A DNA stretch of 36,896 nt from Hydrurus foetidus (Eukaryota). The stretch lies in assembly GCA_900617105.1 (NCBI GenBank), contig UYFQ01000755.1:1-36896 (forward strand), in the 5' to 3' direction. A program made the translations under genes and the position numbers. Of this stretch, positions 8,909 through 23,900 are shown in pieces (the first letter of the stretch is position 1; the number at the start of each line of letters is the position of its first letter). A model generated the notes under the pieces. That model saw nothing but the letters and a program-made list of their open reading frames with translations. It was not told the DNA's origin and did not search any database.

Positions 8909-11900
8909 GCTAATTAGATCACATAAGGTCTGATGATGTCTCTGACAAGGCATTGTTATGAAAGTGCTGTCTTGCCAGTGTGTGGTGCTAATTAGATCAC
9001 ATAAGGTCTGATGATGTCTCTGACAAGGCATTGTTATGAAAGTGCTGTCTTGCCAGTGTGTGGTGCTAATTAGATCACATAAGGTCTGATGATGTCTCTG
9101 ACAAGGCATTGTTATGAAAGTGCTGTCTTGCCAGTGTGTGGTGCTAATTCGATCACATAAGGTCTGATGATGTCTCTGACAAGGCATTGTTATGAAAGTG
9201 CTGTCTTGCCAGTGTGTGGTGCTAATTAGATCACATAAGGTCTGATGATGTCTCTGACAAGGCATTGTTATGAAAGTGCTGTCTTGCCAGTGTGTGGTGC
9301 TAATTAGATCACATAAGGTCTGATGATGTCTCTGACAAGGCATTGTTATGAAAGTGCTGTCTTGCCAGTGTGTGGTGCTAATTAGATCACATAAGGTCTG
9401 ATGATGTCTCTGACAAGGCATTGTTATGAAAGTGCTGTCTTGCCAGTGTGTGGTGCTAATTAGATCACATAAGGTCTGATGATGTCTCTGACAAGGCATT
9501 GTTATGAAAGTGCTGTCTTGCCAGTGTGTGGTGCTAATTAGATCACATAAGGTCTGATGATGTCTCTGACAAGGCATTGTTATGAAAGTGCTGTCTTGCC
9601 AGTGTGTGGTGCTAATTCGATCACATAAGGTCTGATGATGTCTCTGACAAGGCATTGTTATGAAAGTGCTGTCTTGCCAGTGTGTGGTGCTAATTCGATC
9701 ACATAAGGTCTGATGATGTCTCTGACAAGGCATTGTTATGAAAGTGCTGTCTTGCCAGTGTGTGGTGCTAATTCGATCACATAAGGTCTGATGATGTCTC
9801 TGACAAGGCATTGTTATGAAAGTGCTGTCTTGCCAGTGTGTGGTGCTAATTAGATCACATAAGGTCTGATGATGTCTCTGACAAGGCATTGTTATGAAAG
9901 TGCTGTCTTGCCAGTGTGTGGTGCTAATTCGATCACATAAGGTCTGATGATGTCTCTGACAAGGCATTGTTATGAAAGTGCTGTCTTGCCAGTGTGTGGT
10001 GCTAATTCGATCACATAAGGTCTGATGATGTCTCTGACAAGGCATTGTTATGAAAGTGCTGTCTTGCCAGTGTGTGGTGCTAATTAGATCACATAAGGTC
10101 TGATGATGTCTCTGACAAGGCATTGTTATGAAAGTGCTGTCTTGCCAGTGTGTGGTGCTAATTCGATCACATAAGGTCTGATGATGTCTCTGACAAGGCA
10201 TTGTTATGAAAGTGCTGTCTTGCCAGTGTGTGGTGCTAATTAGATCACATAAGGTCTGATGATGTCTCTGACAAGGCATTGTTATGAAAGTGCTGTCTTG
10301 CCAGTGTGTGGTGCTAATTCGATCACATAAGGTCTGATGATGTCTCTGACAAGGCATTGTTATGAAAGTGCTGTCTTGCCAGTGTGTGGTGCTAATTAGA
10401 TCACATAAGGTCTGATGATGTCTCTGACAAGGCATTGTTATGAAAGTGCTGTCTTGCCAGTGTGTGGTGCTAATTAGATCACATAAGGTCTGATGATGTC
10501 TCTGACAAGGCATTGTTATGAAAGTGCTGTCTTGCCAGTGTGTGGTGCTAATTCGATCACATAAGGTCTGATGATGTCTCTGACAAGGCATTGTTATGAA
10601 AGTGCTGTCTTGCCAGTGTGTGGTGCTAATTCGATCACATAAGGTCTGATGATGTCTCTGACAAGGCATTGTTATGAAAGTGCTGTCTTGCCAGTGTGTG
10701 GTGCTAATTCGATCACATAAGGTCTGATGATGTCTCTGACAAGGCATTGTTATGAAAGTGCTGTCTTGCCAGTGTGTGGTGCTAATTAGATCACATAAGG
10801 TCTGATGATGTCTCTGACAAGGCATTGTTATGAAAGTGCTGTCTTGCCAGTGTGTGGTGCTAATTAGATCACATAAGGTCTGATGATGTCTCTGACAAGG
10901 CATTGTTATGAAAGTGCTGTCTTGCCAGTGTGTGGTGCTAATTAGATCACATAAGGTCTGATGATGTCTCTGACAAGGCATTGTTATGAAAGTGCTGTCT
11001 TGCCAGTGTGTGGTGCTAATTAGATCACATAAGGTCTGATGATGTCTCTGACAAGGCATTGTTATGAAAGTGCTGTCTTGCCAGTGTGTGGTGCTAATTA
11101 GATCACATAAGGTCTGATGATGTCTCTGACAAGGCATTGTTATGAAAGTGCTGTCTTGCCAGTGTGTGGTGCTAATTAGATCACATAAGGTCTGATGATG
11201 TCTCTGACAAGGCATTGTTATGAAAGTGCTGTCTTGCCAGTGTGTGGTGCTAATTAGATCACATAAGGTCTGATGATGTCTCTGACAAGGCATTGTTATG
11301 AAAGTGCTGTCTTGCCAGTGTGTGGTGCTAATTAGATCACATAAGGTCTGATGATGTCTCTGACAAGGCATTGTTATGAAAGTGCTGTCTTGCCAGTGTG
11401 TGGTGCTAATTAGATCACATAAGGTCTGATGATGTCTCTGACAAGGCATTGTTATGAAAGTGCTGTCTTGCCAGTGTGTGGTGCTAATTAGATCACATAA
11501 GGTCTGATGATGTCTCTGACAAGGCATTGTTATGAAAGTGCTGTCTTGCCAGTGTGTGGTGCTAATTAGATCACATAAGGTCTGATGATGTCTCTGACAA
11601 GGCATTGTTATGAAAGTGCTGTCTTGCCAGTGTGTGGTGCTAATTAGATCACATAAGGTCTGATGATGTCTCTGACAAGGCATTGTTATGAAAGTGCTGT
11701 CTTGCCAGTGTGTGGTGCTAATTAGATCACATAAGGTCTGATGATGTCTCTGACAAGGCATTGTTATGAAAGTGCTGTCTTGCCAGTGTGTGGTGCTAAT
11801 TAGATCACATAAGGTCTGATGATGTCTCTGACAAGGCATTGTTATGAAAGTGCTGTCTTGCCAGTGTGTGGTGCTAATTCGATCACATAAGGTCTGATGA

Positions 11901-14900
11901 TGTCTCTGACAAGGCATTGTTATGAAAGTGCTGTCTTGCCAGTGTGTGGTGCTAATTCGATCACATAAGGTCTGATGATGTCTCTGACAAGGCATTGTTA
12001 TGAAAGTGCTGTCTTGCCAGTGTGTGGTGCTAATTAGATCACATAAGGTCTGATGATGTCTCTGACAAGGCATTGTTATGAAAGTGCTGTCTTGCCAGTG
12101 TGTGGTGCTAATTCGATCACATAAGGTCTGATGATGTCTCTGACAAGGCATTGTTATGAAAGTGCTGTCTTGCCAGTGTGTGGTGCTAATTAGATCACAT
12201 AAGGTCTGATGATGTCTCTGACAAGGCATTGTTATGAAAGTGCTGTCTTGCCAGTGTGTGGTGCTAATTAGATCACATAAGGTCTGATGATGTCTCTGAC
12301 AAGGCATTGTTATGAAAGTGCTGTCTTGCCAGTGTGTGGTGCTAATTAGATCACATAAGGTCTGATGATGTCTCTGACAAGGCATTGTTATGAAAGTGCT
12401 GTCTTGCCAGTGTGTGGTGCTAATTAGATCACATAAGGTCTGATGATGTCTCTGACAAGGCATTGTTATGAAAGTGCTGTCTTGCCAGTGTGTGGTGCTA
12501 ATTAGATCACATAAGGTCTGATGATGTCTCTGACAAGGCATTGTTATGAAAGTGCTGTCTTGCCAGTGTGTGGTGCTAATTCGATCACATAAGGTCTGAT
12601 GATGTCTCTGACAAGGCATTGTTATGAAAGTGCTGTCTTGCCAGTGTGTGGTGCTAATTCGATCACATAAGGTCTGATGATGTCTCTGACAAGGCATTGT
12701 TATGAAAGTGCTGTCTTGCCAGTGTGTGGTGCTAATTAGATCACATAAGGTCTGATGATGTCTCTGACAAGGCATTGTTATGAAAGTGCTGTCTTGCCAG
12801 TGTGTGGTGCTAATTAGATCACATAAGGTCTGATGATGTCTCTGACAAGGCATTGTTATGAAAGTGCTGTCTTGCCAGTGTGTGGTGCTAATTCGATCAC
12901 ATAAGGTCTGATGATGTCTCTGACAAGGCATTGTTATGAAAGTGCTGTCTTGCCAGTGTGTGGTGCTAATTAGATCACATAAGGTCTGATGATGTCTCTG
13001 ACAAGGCATTGTTATGAAAGTGCTGTCTTGCCAGTGTGTGGTGCTAATTAGATCACATAAGGTCTGATGATGTCTCTGACAAGGCATTGTTATGAAAGTG
13101 CTGTCTTGCCAGTGTGTGGTGCTAATTAGATCACATAAGGTCTGATGATGTCTCTGACAAGGCATTGTTATGAAAGTGCTGTCTTGCCAGTGTGTGGTGC
13201 TAATTAGATCACATAAGGTCTGATGATGTCTCTGACAAGGCATTGTTATGAAAGTGCTGTCTTGCCAGTGTGTGGTGCTAATTAGATCACATAAGGTCTG
13301 ATGATGTCTCTGACAAGGCATTGTTATGAAAGTGCTGTCTTGCCAGTGTGTGGTGCTAATTAGATCACATAAGGTCTGATGATGTCTCTGACAAGGCATT
13401 GTTATGAAAGTGCTGTCTTGCCAGTGTGTGGTGCTAATTAGATCACATAAGGTCTGATGATGTCTCTGACAAGGCATTGTTATGAAAGTGCTGTCTTGCC
13501 AGTGTGTGGTGCTAATTAGATCACATAAGGTCTGATGATGTCTCTGACAAGGCATTGTTATGAAAGTGCTGTCTTGCCAGTGTGTGGTGCTAATTAGATC
13601 ACATAAGGTCTGATGATGTCTCTGACAAGGCATTGTTATGAAAGTGCTGTCTTGCCAGTGTGTGGTGCTAATTAGATCACATAAGGTCTGATGATGTCTC
13701 TGACAAGGCATTGTTATGAAAGTGCTGTCTTGCCAGTGTGTGGTGCTAATTAGATCACATAAGGTCTGATGATGTCTCTGACAAGGCATTGTTATGAAAG
13801 TGCTGTCTTGCCAGTGTGTGGTGCTAATTCGATCACATAAGGTCTGATGATGTCTCTGACAAGGCATTGTTATGAAAGTGCTGTCTTGCCAGTGTGTGGT
13901 GCTAATTAGATCACATAAGGTCTGATGATGTCTCTGACAAGGCATTGTTATGAAAGTGCTGTCTTGCCAGTGTGTGGTGCTAATTAGATCACATAAGGTC
14001 TGATGATGTCTCTGACAAGGCATTGTTATGAAAGTGCTGTCTTGCCAGTGTGTGGTGCTAATTAGATCACATAAGGTCTGATGATGTCTCTGACAAGGCA
14101 TTGTTATGAAAGTGCTGTCTTGCCAGTGTGTGGTGCTAATTAGATCACATAAGGTCTGATGATGTCTCTGACAAGGCATTGTTATGAAAGTGCTGTCTTG
14201 CCAGTGTGTGGTGCTAATTAGATCACATAAGGTCTGATGATGTCTCTGACAAGGCATTGTTATGAAAGTGCTGTCTTGCCAGTGTGTGGTGCTAATTAGA
14301 TCACATAAGGTCTGATGATGTCTCTGACAAGGCATTGTTATGAAAGTGCTGTCTTGCCAGTGTGTGGTGCTAATTAGATCACATAAGGTCTGATGATGTC
14401 TCTGACAAGGCATTGTTATGAAAGTGCTGTCTTGCCAGTGTGTGGTGCTAATTAGATCACATAAGGTCTGATGATGTCTCTGACAAGGCATTGTTATGAA
14501 AGTGCTGTCTTGCCAGTGTGTGGTGCTAATTAGATCACATAAGGTCTGATGATGTCTCTGACAAGGCATTGTTATGAAAGTGCTGTCTTGCCAGTGTGTG
14601 GTGCTAATTAGATCACATAAGGTCTGATGATGTCTCTGACAAGGCATTGTTATGAAAGTGCTGTCTTGCCAGTGTGTGGTGCTAATTAGATCACATAAGG
14701 TCTGATGATGTCTCTGACAAGGCATTGTTATGAAAGTGCTGTCTTGCCAGTGTGTGGTGCTAATTAGATCACATAAGGTCTGATGATGTCTCTGACAAGG
14801 CATTGTTATGAAAGTGCTGTCTTGCCAGTGTGTGGTGCTAATTAGATCACATAAGGTCTGATGATGTCTCTGACAAGGCATTGTTATGAAAGTGCTGTCT

Positions 14901-17900
14901 TGCCAGTGTGTGGTGCTAATTAGATCACATAAGGTCTGATGATGTCTCTGACAAGGCATTGTTATGAAAGTGCTGTCTTGCCAGTGTGTGGTGCTAATTA
15001 GATCACATAAGGTCTGATGATGTCTCTGACAAGGCATTGTTATGAAAGTGCTGTCTTGCCAGTGTGTGGTGCTAATTAGATCACATAAGGTCTGATGATG
15101 TCTCTGACAAGGCATTGTTATGAAAGTGCTGTCTTGCCAGTGTGTGGTGCTAATTCGATCACATAAGGTCTGATGATGTCTCTGACAAGGCATTGTTATG
15201 AAAGTGCTGTCTTGCCAGTGTGTGGTGCTAATTAGATCACATAAGGTCTGATGATGTCTCTGACAAGGCATTGTTATGAAAGTGCTGTCTTGCCAGTGTG
15301 TGGTGCTAATTAGATCACATAAGGTCTGATGATGTCTCTGACAAGGCATTGTTATGAAAGTGCTGTCTTGCCAGTGTGTGGTGCTAATTAGATCACATAA
15401 GGTCTGATGATGTCTCTGACAAGGCATTGTTATGAAAGTGCTGTCTTGCCAGTGTGTGGTGCTAATTAGATCACATAAGGTCTGATGATGTCTCTGACAA
15501 GGCATTGTTATGAAAGTGCTGTCTTGCCAGTGTGTGGTGCTAATTAGATCACATAAGGTCTGATGATGTCTCTGACAAGGCATTGTTATGAAAGTGCTGT
15601 CTTGCCAGTGTGTGGTGCTAATTAGATCACATAAGGTCTGATGATGTCTCTGACAAGGCATTGTTATGAAAGTGCTGTCTTGCCAGTGTGTGGTGCTAAT
15701 TAGATCACATAAGGTCTGATGATGTCTCTGACAAGGCATTGTTATGAAAGTGCTGTCTTGCCAGTGTGTGGTGCTAATTAGATCACATAAGGTCTGATGA
15801 TGTCTCTGACAAGGCATTGTTATGAAAGTGCTGTCTTGCCAGTGTGTGGTGCTAATTAGATCACATAAGGTCTGATGATGTCTCTGACAAGGCATTGTTA
15901 TGAAAGTGCTGTCTTGCCAGTGTGTGGTGCTAATTAGATCACATAAGGTCTGATGATGTCTCTGACAAGGCATTGTTATGAAAGTGCTGTCTTGCCAGTG
16001 TGTGGTGCTAATTAGATCACATAAGGTCTGATGATGTCTCTGACAAGGCATTGTTATGAAAGTGCTGTCTTGCCAGTGTGTGGTGCTAATTAGATCACAT
16101 AAGGTCTGATGATGTCTCTGACAAGGCATTGTTATGAAAGTGCTGTCTTGCCAGTGTGTGGTGCTAATTAGATCACATAAGGTCTGATGATGTCTCTGAC
16201 AAGGCATTGTTATGAAAGTGCTGTCTTGCCAGTGTGTGGTGCTAATTAGATCACATAAGGTCTGATGATGTCTCTGACAAGGCATTGTTATGAAAGTGCT
16301 GTCTTGCCAGTGTGTGGTGCTAATTAGATCACATAAGGTCTGATGATGTCTCTGACAAGGCATTGTTATGAAAGTGCTGTCTTGCCAGTGTGTGGTGCTA
16401 ATTAGATCACATAAGGTCTGATGATGTCTCTGACAAGGCATTGTTATGAAAGTGCTGTCTTGCCAGTGTGTGGTGCTAATTAGATCACATAAGGTCTGAT
16501 GATGTCTCTGACAAGGCATTGTTATGAAAGTGCTGTCTTGCCAGTGTGTGGTGCTAATTAGATCACATAAGGTCTGATGATGTCTCTGACAAGGCATTGT
16601 TATGAAAGTGCTGTCTTGCCAGTGTGTGGTGCTAATTAGATCACATAAGGTCTGATGATGTCTCTGACAAGGCATTGTTATGAAAGTGCTGTCTTGCCAG
16701 TGTGTGGTGCTAATTAGATCACATAAGGTCTGATGATGTCTCTGACAAGGCATTGTTATGAAAGTGCTGTCTTGCCAGTGTGTGGTGCTAATTAGATCAC
16801 ATAAGGTCTGATGATGTCTCTGACAAGGCATTGTTATGAAAGTGCTGTCTTGCCAGTGTGTGGTGCTAATTAGATCACATAAGGTCTGATGATGTCTCTG
16901 ACAAGGCATTGTTATGAAAGTGCTGTCTTGCCAGTGTGTGGTGCTAATTAGATCACATAAGGTCTGATGATGTCTCTGACAAGGCATTGTTATGAAAGTG
17001 CTGTCTTGCCAGTGTGTGGTGCTAATTAGATCACATAAGGTCTGATGATGTCTCTGACAAGGCATTGTTATGAAAGTGCTGTCTTGCCAGTGTGTGGTGC
17101 TAATTCGATCACATAAGGTCTGATGATGTCTCTGACAAGGCATTGTTATGAAAGTGCTGTCTTGCCAGTGTGTGGTGCTAATTAGATCACATAAGGTCTG
17201 ATGATGTCTCTGACAAGGCATTGTTATGAAAGTGCTGTCTTGCCAGTGTGTGGTGCTAATTAGATCACATAAGGTCTGATGATGTCTCTGACAAGGCATT
17301 GTTATGAAAGTGCTGTCTTGCCAGTGTGTGGTGCTAATTAGATCACATAAGGTCTGATGATGTCTCTGACAAGGCATTGTTATGAAAGTGCTGTCTTGCC
17401 AGTGTGTGGTGCTAATTAGATCACATAAGGTCTGATGATGTCTCTGACAAGGCATTGTTATGAAAGTGCTGTCTTGCCAGTGTGTGGTGCTAATTAGATC
17501 ACATAAGGTCTGATGATGTCTCTGACAAGGCATTGTTATGAAAGTGCTGTCTTGCCAGTGTGTGGTGCTAATTAGATCACATAAGGTCTGATGATGTCTC
17601 TGACAAGGCATTGTTATGAAAGTGCTGTCTTGCCAGTGTGTGGTGCTAATTAGATCACATAAGGTCTGATGATGTCTCTGACAAGGCATTGTTATGAAAG
17701 TGCTGTCTTGCCAGTGTGTGGTGCTAATTAGATCACATAAGGTCTGATGATGTCTCTGACAAGGCATTGTTATGAAAGTGCTGTCTTGCCAGTGTGTGGT
17801 GCTAATTAGATCACATAAGGTCTGATGATGTCTCTGACAAGGCATTGTTATGAAAGTGCTGTCTTGCCAGTGTGTGGTGCTAATTAGATCACATAAGGTC

Positions 17901-20900
17901 TGATGATGTCTCTGACAAGGCATTGTTATGAAAGTGCTGTCTTGCCAGTGTGTGGTGCTAATTAGATCACATAAGGTCTGATGATGTCTCTGACAAGGCA
18001 TTGTTATGAAAGTGCTGTCTTGCCAGTGTGTGGTGCTAATTAGATCACATAAGGTCTGATGATGTCTCTGACAAGGCATTGTTATGAAAGTGCTGTCTTG
18101 CCAGTGTGTGGTGCTAATTAGATCACATAAGGTCTGATGATGTCTCTGACAAGGCATTGTTATGAAAGTGCTGTCTTGCCAGTGTGTGGTGCTAATTAGA
18201 TCACATAAGGTCTGATGATGTCTCTGACAAGGCATTGTTATGAAAGTGCTGTCTTGCCAGTGTGTGGTGCTAATTAGATCACATAAGGTCTGATGATGTC
18301 TCTGACAAGGCATTGTTATGAAAGTGCTGTCTTGCCAGTGTGTGGTGCTAATTAGATCACATAAGGTCTGATGATGTCTCTGACAAGGCATTGTTATGAA
18401 AGTGCTGTCTTGCCAGTGTGTGGTGCTAATTCGATCACATAAGGTCTGATGATGTCTCTGACAAGGCATTGTTATGAAAGTGCTGTCTTGCCAGTGTGTG
18501 GTGCTAATTAGATCACATAAGGTCTGATGATGTCTCTGACAAGGCATTGTTATGAAAGTGCTGTCTTGCCAGTGTGTGGTGCTAATTAGATCACATAAGG
18601 TCTGATGATGTCTCTGACAAGGCATTGTTATGAAAGTGCTGTCTTGCCAGTGTGTGGTGCTAATTAGATCACATAAGGTCTGATGATGTCTCTGACAAGG
18701 CATTGTTATGAAAGTGCTGTCTTGCCAGTGTGTGGTGCTAATTAGATCACATAAGGTCTGATGATGTCTCTGACAAGGCATTGTTATGAAAGTGCTGTCT
18801 TGCCAGTGTGTGGTGCTAATTAGATCACATAAGGTCTGATGATGTCTCTGACAAGGCATTGTTATGAAAGTGCTGTCTTGCCAGTGTGTGGTGCTAATTA
18901 GATCACATAAGGTCTGATGATGTCTCTGACAAGGCATTGTTATGAAAGTGCTGTCTTGCCAGTGTGTGGTGCTAATTAGATCACATAAGGTCTGATGATG
19001 TCTCTGACAAGGCATTGTTATGAAAGTGCTGTCTTGCCAGTGTGTGGTGCTAATTAGATCACATAAGGTCTGATGATGTCTCTGACAAGGCATTGTTATG
19101 AAAGTGCTGTCTTGCCAGTGTGTGGTGCTAATTCGATCACATAAGGTCTGATGATGTCTCTGACAAGGCATTGTTATGAAAGTGCTGTCTTGCCAGTGTG
19201 TGGTGCTAATTAGATCACATAAGGTCTGATGATGTCTCTGACAAGGCATTGTTATGAAAGTGCTGTCTTGCCAGTGTGTGGTGCTAATTAGATCACATAA
19301 GGTCTGATGATGTCTCTGACAAGGCATTGTTATGAAAGTGCTGTCTTGCCAGTGTGTGGTGCTAATTAGATCACATAAGGTCTGATGATGTCTCTGACAA
19401 GGCATTGTTATGAAAGTGCTGTCTTGCCAGTGTGTGGTGCTAATTAGATCACATAAGGTCTGATGATGTCTCTGACAAGGCATTGTTATGAAAGTGCTGT
19501 CTTGCCAGTGTGTGGTGCTAATTAGATCACATAAGGTCTGATGATGTCTCTGACAAGGCATTGTTATGAAAGTGCTGTCTTGCCAGTGTGTGGTGCTAAT
19601 TAGATCACATAAGGTCTGATGATGTCTCTGACAAGGCATTGTTATGAAAGTGCTGTCTTGCCAGTGTGTGGTGCTAATTCGATCACATAAGGTCTGATGA
19701 TGTCTCTGACAAGGCATTGTTATGAAAGTGCTGTCTTGCCAGTGTGTGGTGCTAATTAGATCACATAAGGTCTGATGATGTCTCTGACAAGGCATTGTTA
19801 TGAAAGTGCTGTCTTGCCAGTGTGTGGTGCTAATTAGATCACATAAGGTCTGATGATGTCTCTGACAAGGCATTGTTATGAAAGTGCTGTCTTGCCAGTG
19901 TGTGGTGCTAATTAGATCACATAAGGTCTGATGATGTCTCTGACAAGGCATTGTTATGAAAGTGCTGTCTTGCCAGTGTGTGGTGCTAATTAGATCACAT
20001 AAGGTCTGATGATGTCTCTGACAAGGCATTGTTATGAAAGTGCTGTCTTGCCAGTGTGTGGTGCTAATTAGATCACATAAGGTCTGATGATGTCTCTGAC
20101 AAGGCATTGTTATGAAAGTGCTGTCTTGCCAGTGTGTGGTGCTAATTAGATCACATAAGGTCTGATGATGTCTCTGACAAGGCATTGTTATGAAAGTGCT
20201 GTCTTGCCAGTGTGTGGTGCTAATTAGATCACATAAGGTCTGATGATGTCTCTGACAAGGCATTGTTATGAAAGTGCTGTCTTGCCAGTGTGTGGTGCTA
20301 ATTAGATCACATAAGGTCTGATGATGTCTCTGACAAGGCATTGTTATGAAAGTGCTGTCTTGCCAGTGTGTGGTGCTAATTAGATCACATAAGGTCTGAT
20401 GATGTCTCTGACAAGGCATTGTTATGAAAGTGCTGTCTTGCCAGTGTGTGGTGCTAATTAGATCACATAAGGTCTGATGATGTCTCTGACAAGGCATTGT
20501 TATGAAAGTGCTGTCTTGCCAGTGTGTGGTGCTAATTAGATCACATAAGGTCTGATGATGTCTCTGACAAGGCATTGTTATGAAAGTGCTGTCTTGCCAG
20601 TGTGTGGTGCTAATTAGATCACATAAGGTCTGATGATGTCTCTGACAAGGCATTGTTATGAAAGTGCTGTCTTGCCAGTGTGTGGTGCTAATTAGATCAC
20701 ATAAGGTCTGATGATGTCTCTGACAAGGCATTGTTATGAAAGTGCTGTCTTGCCAGTGTGTGGTGCTAATTAGATCACATAAGGTCTGATGATGTCTCTG
20801 ACAAGGCATTGTTATGAAAGTGCTGTCTTGCCAGTGTGTGGTGCTAATTAGATCACATAAGGTCTGATGATGTCTCTGACAAGGCATTGTTATGAAAGTG

Positions 20901-23900
20901 CTGTCTTGCCAGTGTGTGGTGCTAATTAGATCACATAAGGTCTGATGATGTCTCTGACAAGGCATTGTTATGAAAGTGCTGTCTTGCCAGTGTGTGGTGC
21001 TAATTAGATCACATAAGGTCTGATGATGTCTCTGACAAGGCATTGTTATGAAAGTGCTGTCTTGCCAGTGTGTGGTGCTAATTCGATCACATAAGGTCTG
21101 ATGATGTCTCTGACAAGGCATTGTTATGAAAGTGCTGTCTTGCCAGTGTGTGGTGCTAATTAGATCACATAAGGTCTGATGATGTCTCTGACAAGGCATT
21201 GTTATGAAAGTGCTGTCTTGCCAGTGTGTGGTGCTAATTAGATCACATAAGGTCTGATGATGTCTCTGACAAGGCATTGTTATGAAAGTGCTGTCTTGCC
21301 AGTGTGTGGTGCTAATTAGATCACATAAGGTCTGATGATGTCTCTGACAAGGCATTGTTATGAAAGTGCTGTCTTGCCAGTGTGTGGTGCTAATTAGATC
21401 ACATAAGGTCTGATGATGTCTCTGACAAGGCATTGTTATGAAAGTGCTGTCTTGCCAGTGTGTGGTGCTAATTAGATCACATAAGGTCTGATGATGTCTC
21501 TGACAAGGCATTGTTATGAAAGTGCTGTCTTGCCAGTGTGTGGTGCTAATTAGATCACATAAGGTCTGATGATGTCTCTGACAAGGCATTGTTATGAAAG
21601 TGCTGTCTTGCCAGTGTGTGGTGCTAATTAGATCACATAAGGTCTGATGATGTCTCTGACAAGGCATTGTTATGAAAGTGCTGTCTTGCCAGTGTGTGGT
21701 GCTAATTAGATCACATAAGGTCTGATGATGTCTCTGACAAGGCATTGTTATGAAAGTGCTGTCTTGCCAGTGTGTGGTGCTAATTAGATCACATAAGGTC
21801 TGATGATGTCTCTGACAAGGCATTGTTATGAAAGTGCTGTCTTGCCAGTGTGTGGTGCTAATTAGATCACATAAGGTCTGATGATGTCTCTGACAAGGCA
21901 TTGTTATGAAAGTGCTGTCTTGCCAGTGTGTGGTGCTAATTCGATCACATAAGGTCTGATGATGTCTCTGACAAGGCATTGTTATGAAAGTGCTGTCTTG
22001 CCAGTGTGTGGTGCTAATTAGATCACATAAGGTCTGATGATGTCTCTGACAAGGCATTGTTATGAAAGTGCTGTCTTGCCAGTGTGTGGTGCTAATTCGA
22101 TCACATAAGGTCTGATGATGTCTCTGACAAGGCATTGTTATGAAAGTGCTGTCTTGCCAGTGTGTGGTGCTAATTAGATCACATAAGGTCTGATGATGTC
22201 TCTGACAAGGCATTGTTATGAAAGTGCTGTCTTGCCAGTGTGTGGTGCTAATTAGATCACATAAGGTCTGATGATGTCTCTGACAAGGCATTGTTATGAA
22301 AGTGCTGTCTTGCCAGTGTGTGGTGCTAATTCGATCACATAAGGTCTGATGATGTCTCTGACAAGGCATTGTTATGAAAGTGCTGTCTTGCCAGTGTGTG
22401 GTGCTAATTAGATCACATAAGGTCTGATGATGTCTCTGACAAGGCATTGTTATGAAAGTGCTGTCTTGCCAGTGTGTGGTGCTAATTAGATCACATAAGG
22501 TCTGATGATGTCTCTGACAAGGCATTGTTATGAAAGTGCTGTCTTGCCAGTGTGTGGTGCTAATTCGATCACATAAGGTCTGATGATGTCTCTGACAAGG
22601 CATTGTTATGAAAGTGCTGTCTTGCCAGTGTGTGGTGCTAATTAGATCACATAAGGTCTGATGATGTCTCTGACAAGGCATTGTTATGAAAGTGCTGTCT
22701 TGCCAGTGTGTGGTGCTAATTAGATCACATAAGGTCTGATGATGTCTCTGACAAGGCATTGTTATGAAAGTGCTGTCTTGCCAGTGTGTGGTGCTAATTA
22801 GATCACATAAGGTCTGATGATGTCTCTGACAAGGCATTGTTATGAAAGTGCTGTCTTGCCAGTGTGTGGTGCTAATTAGATCACATAAGGTCTGATGATG
22901 TCTCTGACAAGGCATTGTTATGAAAGTGCTGTCTTGCCAGTGTGTGGTGCTAATTAGATCACATAAGGTCTGATGATGTCTCTGACAAGGCATTGTTATG
23001 AAAGTGCTGTCTTGCCAGTGTGTGGTGCTAATTAGATCACATAAGGTCTGATGATGTCTCTGACAAGGCATTGTTATGAAAGTGCTGTCTTGCCAGTGTG
23101 TGGTGCTAATTAGATCACATAAGGTCTGATGATGTCTCTGACAAGGCATTGTTATGAAAGTGCTGTCTTGCCAGTGTGTGGTGCTAATTAGATCACATAA
23201 GGTCTGATGATGTCTCTGACAAGGCATTGTTATGAAAGTGCTGTCTTGCCAGTGTGTGGTGCTAATTAGATCACATAAGGTCTGATGATGTCTCTGACAA
23301 GGCATTGTTATGAAAGTGCTGTCTTGCCAGTGTGTGGTGCTAATTCGATCACATAAGGTCTGATGATGTCTCTGACAAGGCATTGTTATGAAAGTGCTGT
23401 CTTGCCAGTGTGTGGTGCTAATTCGATCACATAAGGTCTGATGATGTCTCTGACAAGGCATTGTTATGAAAGTGCTGTCTTGCCAGTGTGTGGTGCTAAT
23501 TAGATCACATAAGGTCTGATGATGTCTCTGACAAGGCATTGTTATGAAAGTGCTGTCTTGCCAGTGTGTGGTGCTAATTCGATCACATAAGGTCTGATGA
23601 TGTCTCTGACAAGGCATTGTTATGAAAGTGCTGTCTTGCCAGTGTGTGGTGCTAATTCGATCACATAAGGTCTGATGATGTCTCTGACAAGGCATTGTTA
23701 TGAAAGTGCTGTCTTGCCAGTGTGTGGTGCTAATTCGATCACATAAGGTCTGATGATGTCTCTGACAAGGCATTGTTATGAAAGTGCTGTCTTGCCAGTG
23801 TGTGGTGCTAATTCGATCACATAAGGTCTGATGATGTCTCTGACAAGGCATTGTTATGAAAGTGCTGTCTTGCCAGTGTGTGGTGCTAATTAGATCACAT

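Noticed and set aside
8930..8975. Hammerhead ribozyme in the 78-mer (CTGATGA...GAAA)
   Set aside because: Both core words are present, but stem II does not close next to GAAA (U-U) and no UH cleavage triplet fits with stems I and III.
8930..9011. Tandem C/D-box snoRNA
   Set aside because: The C-like (CTGATGA) and D (CTGA) boxes overlap in the tandem, there is no terminal stem, and I recognise no rRNA guide.
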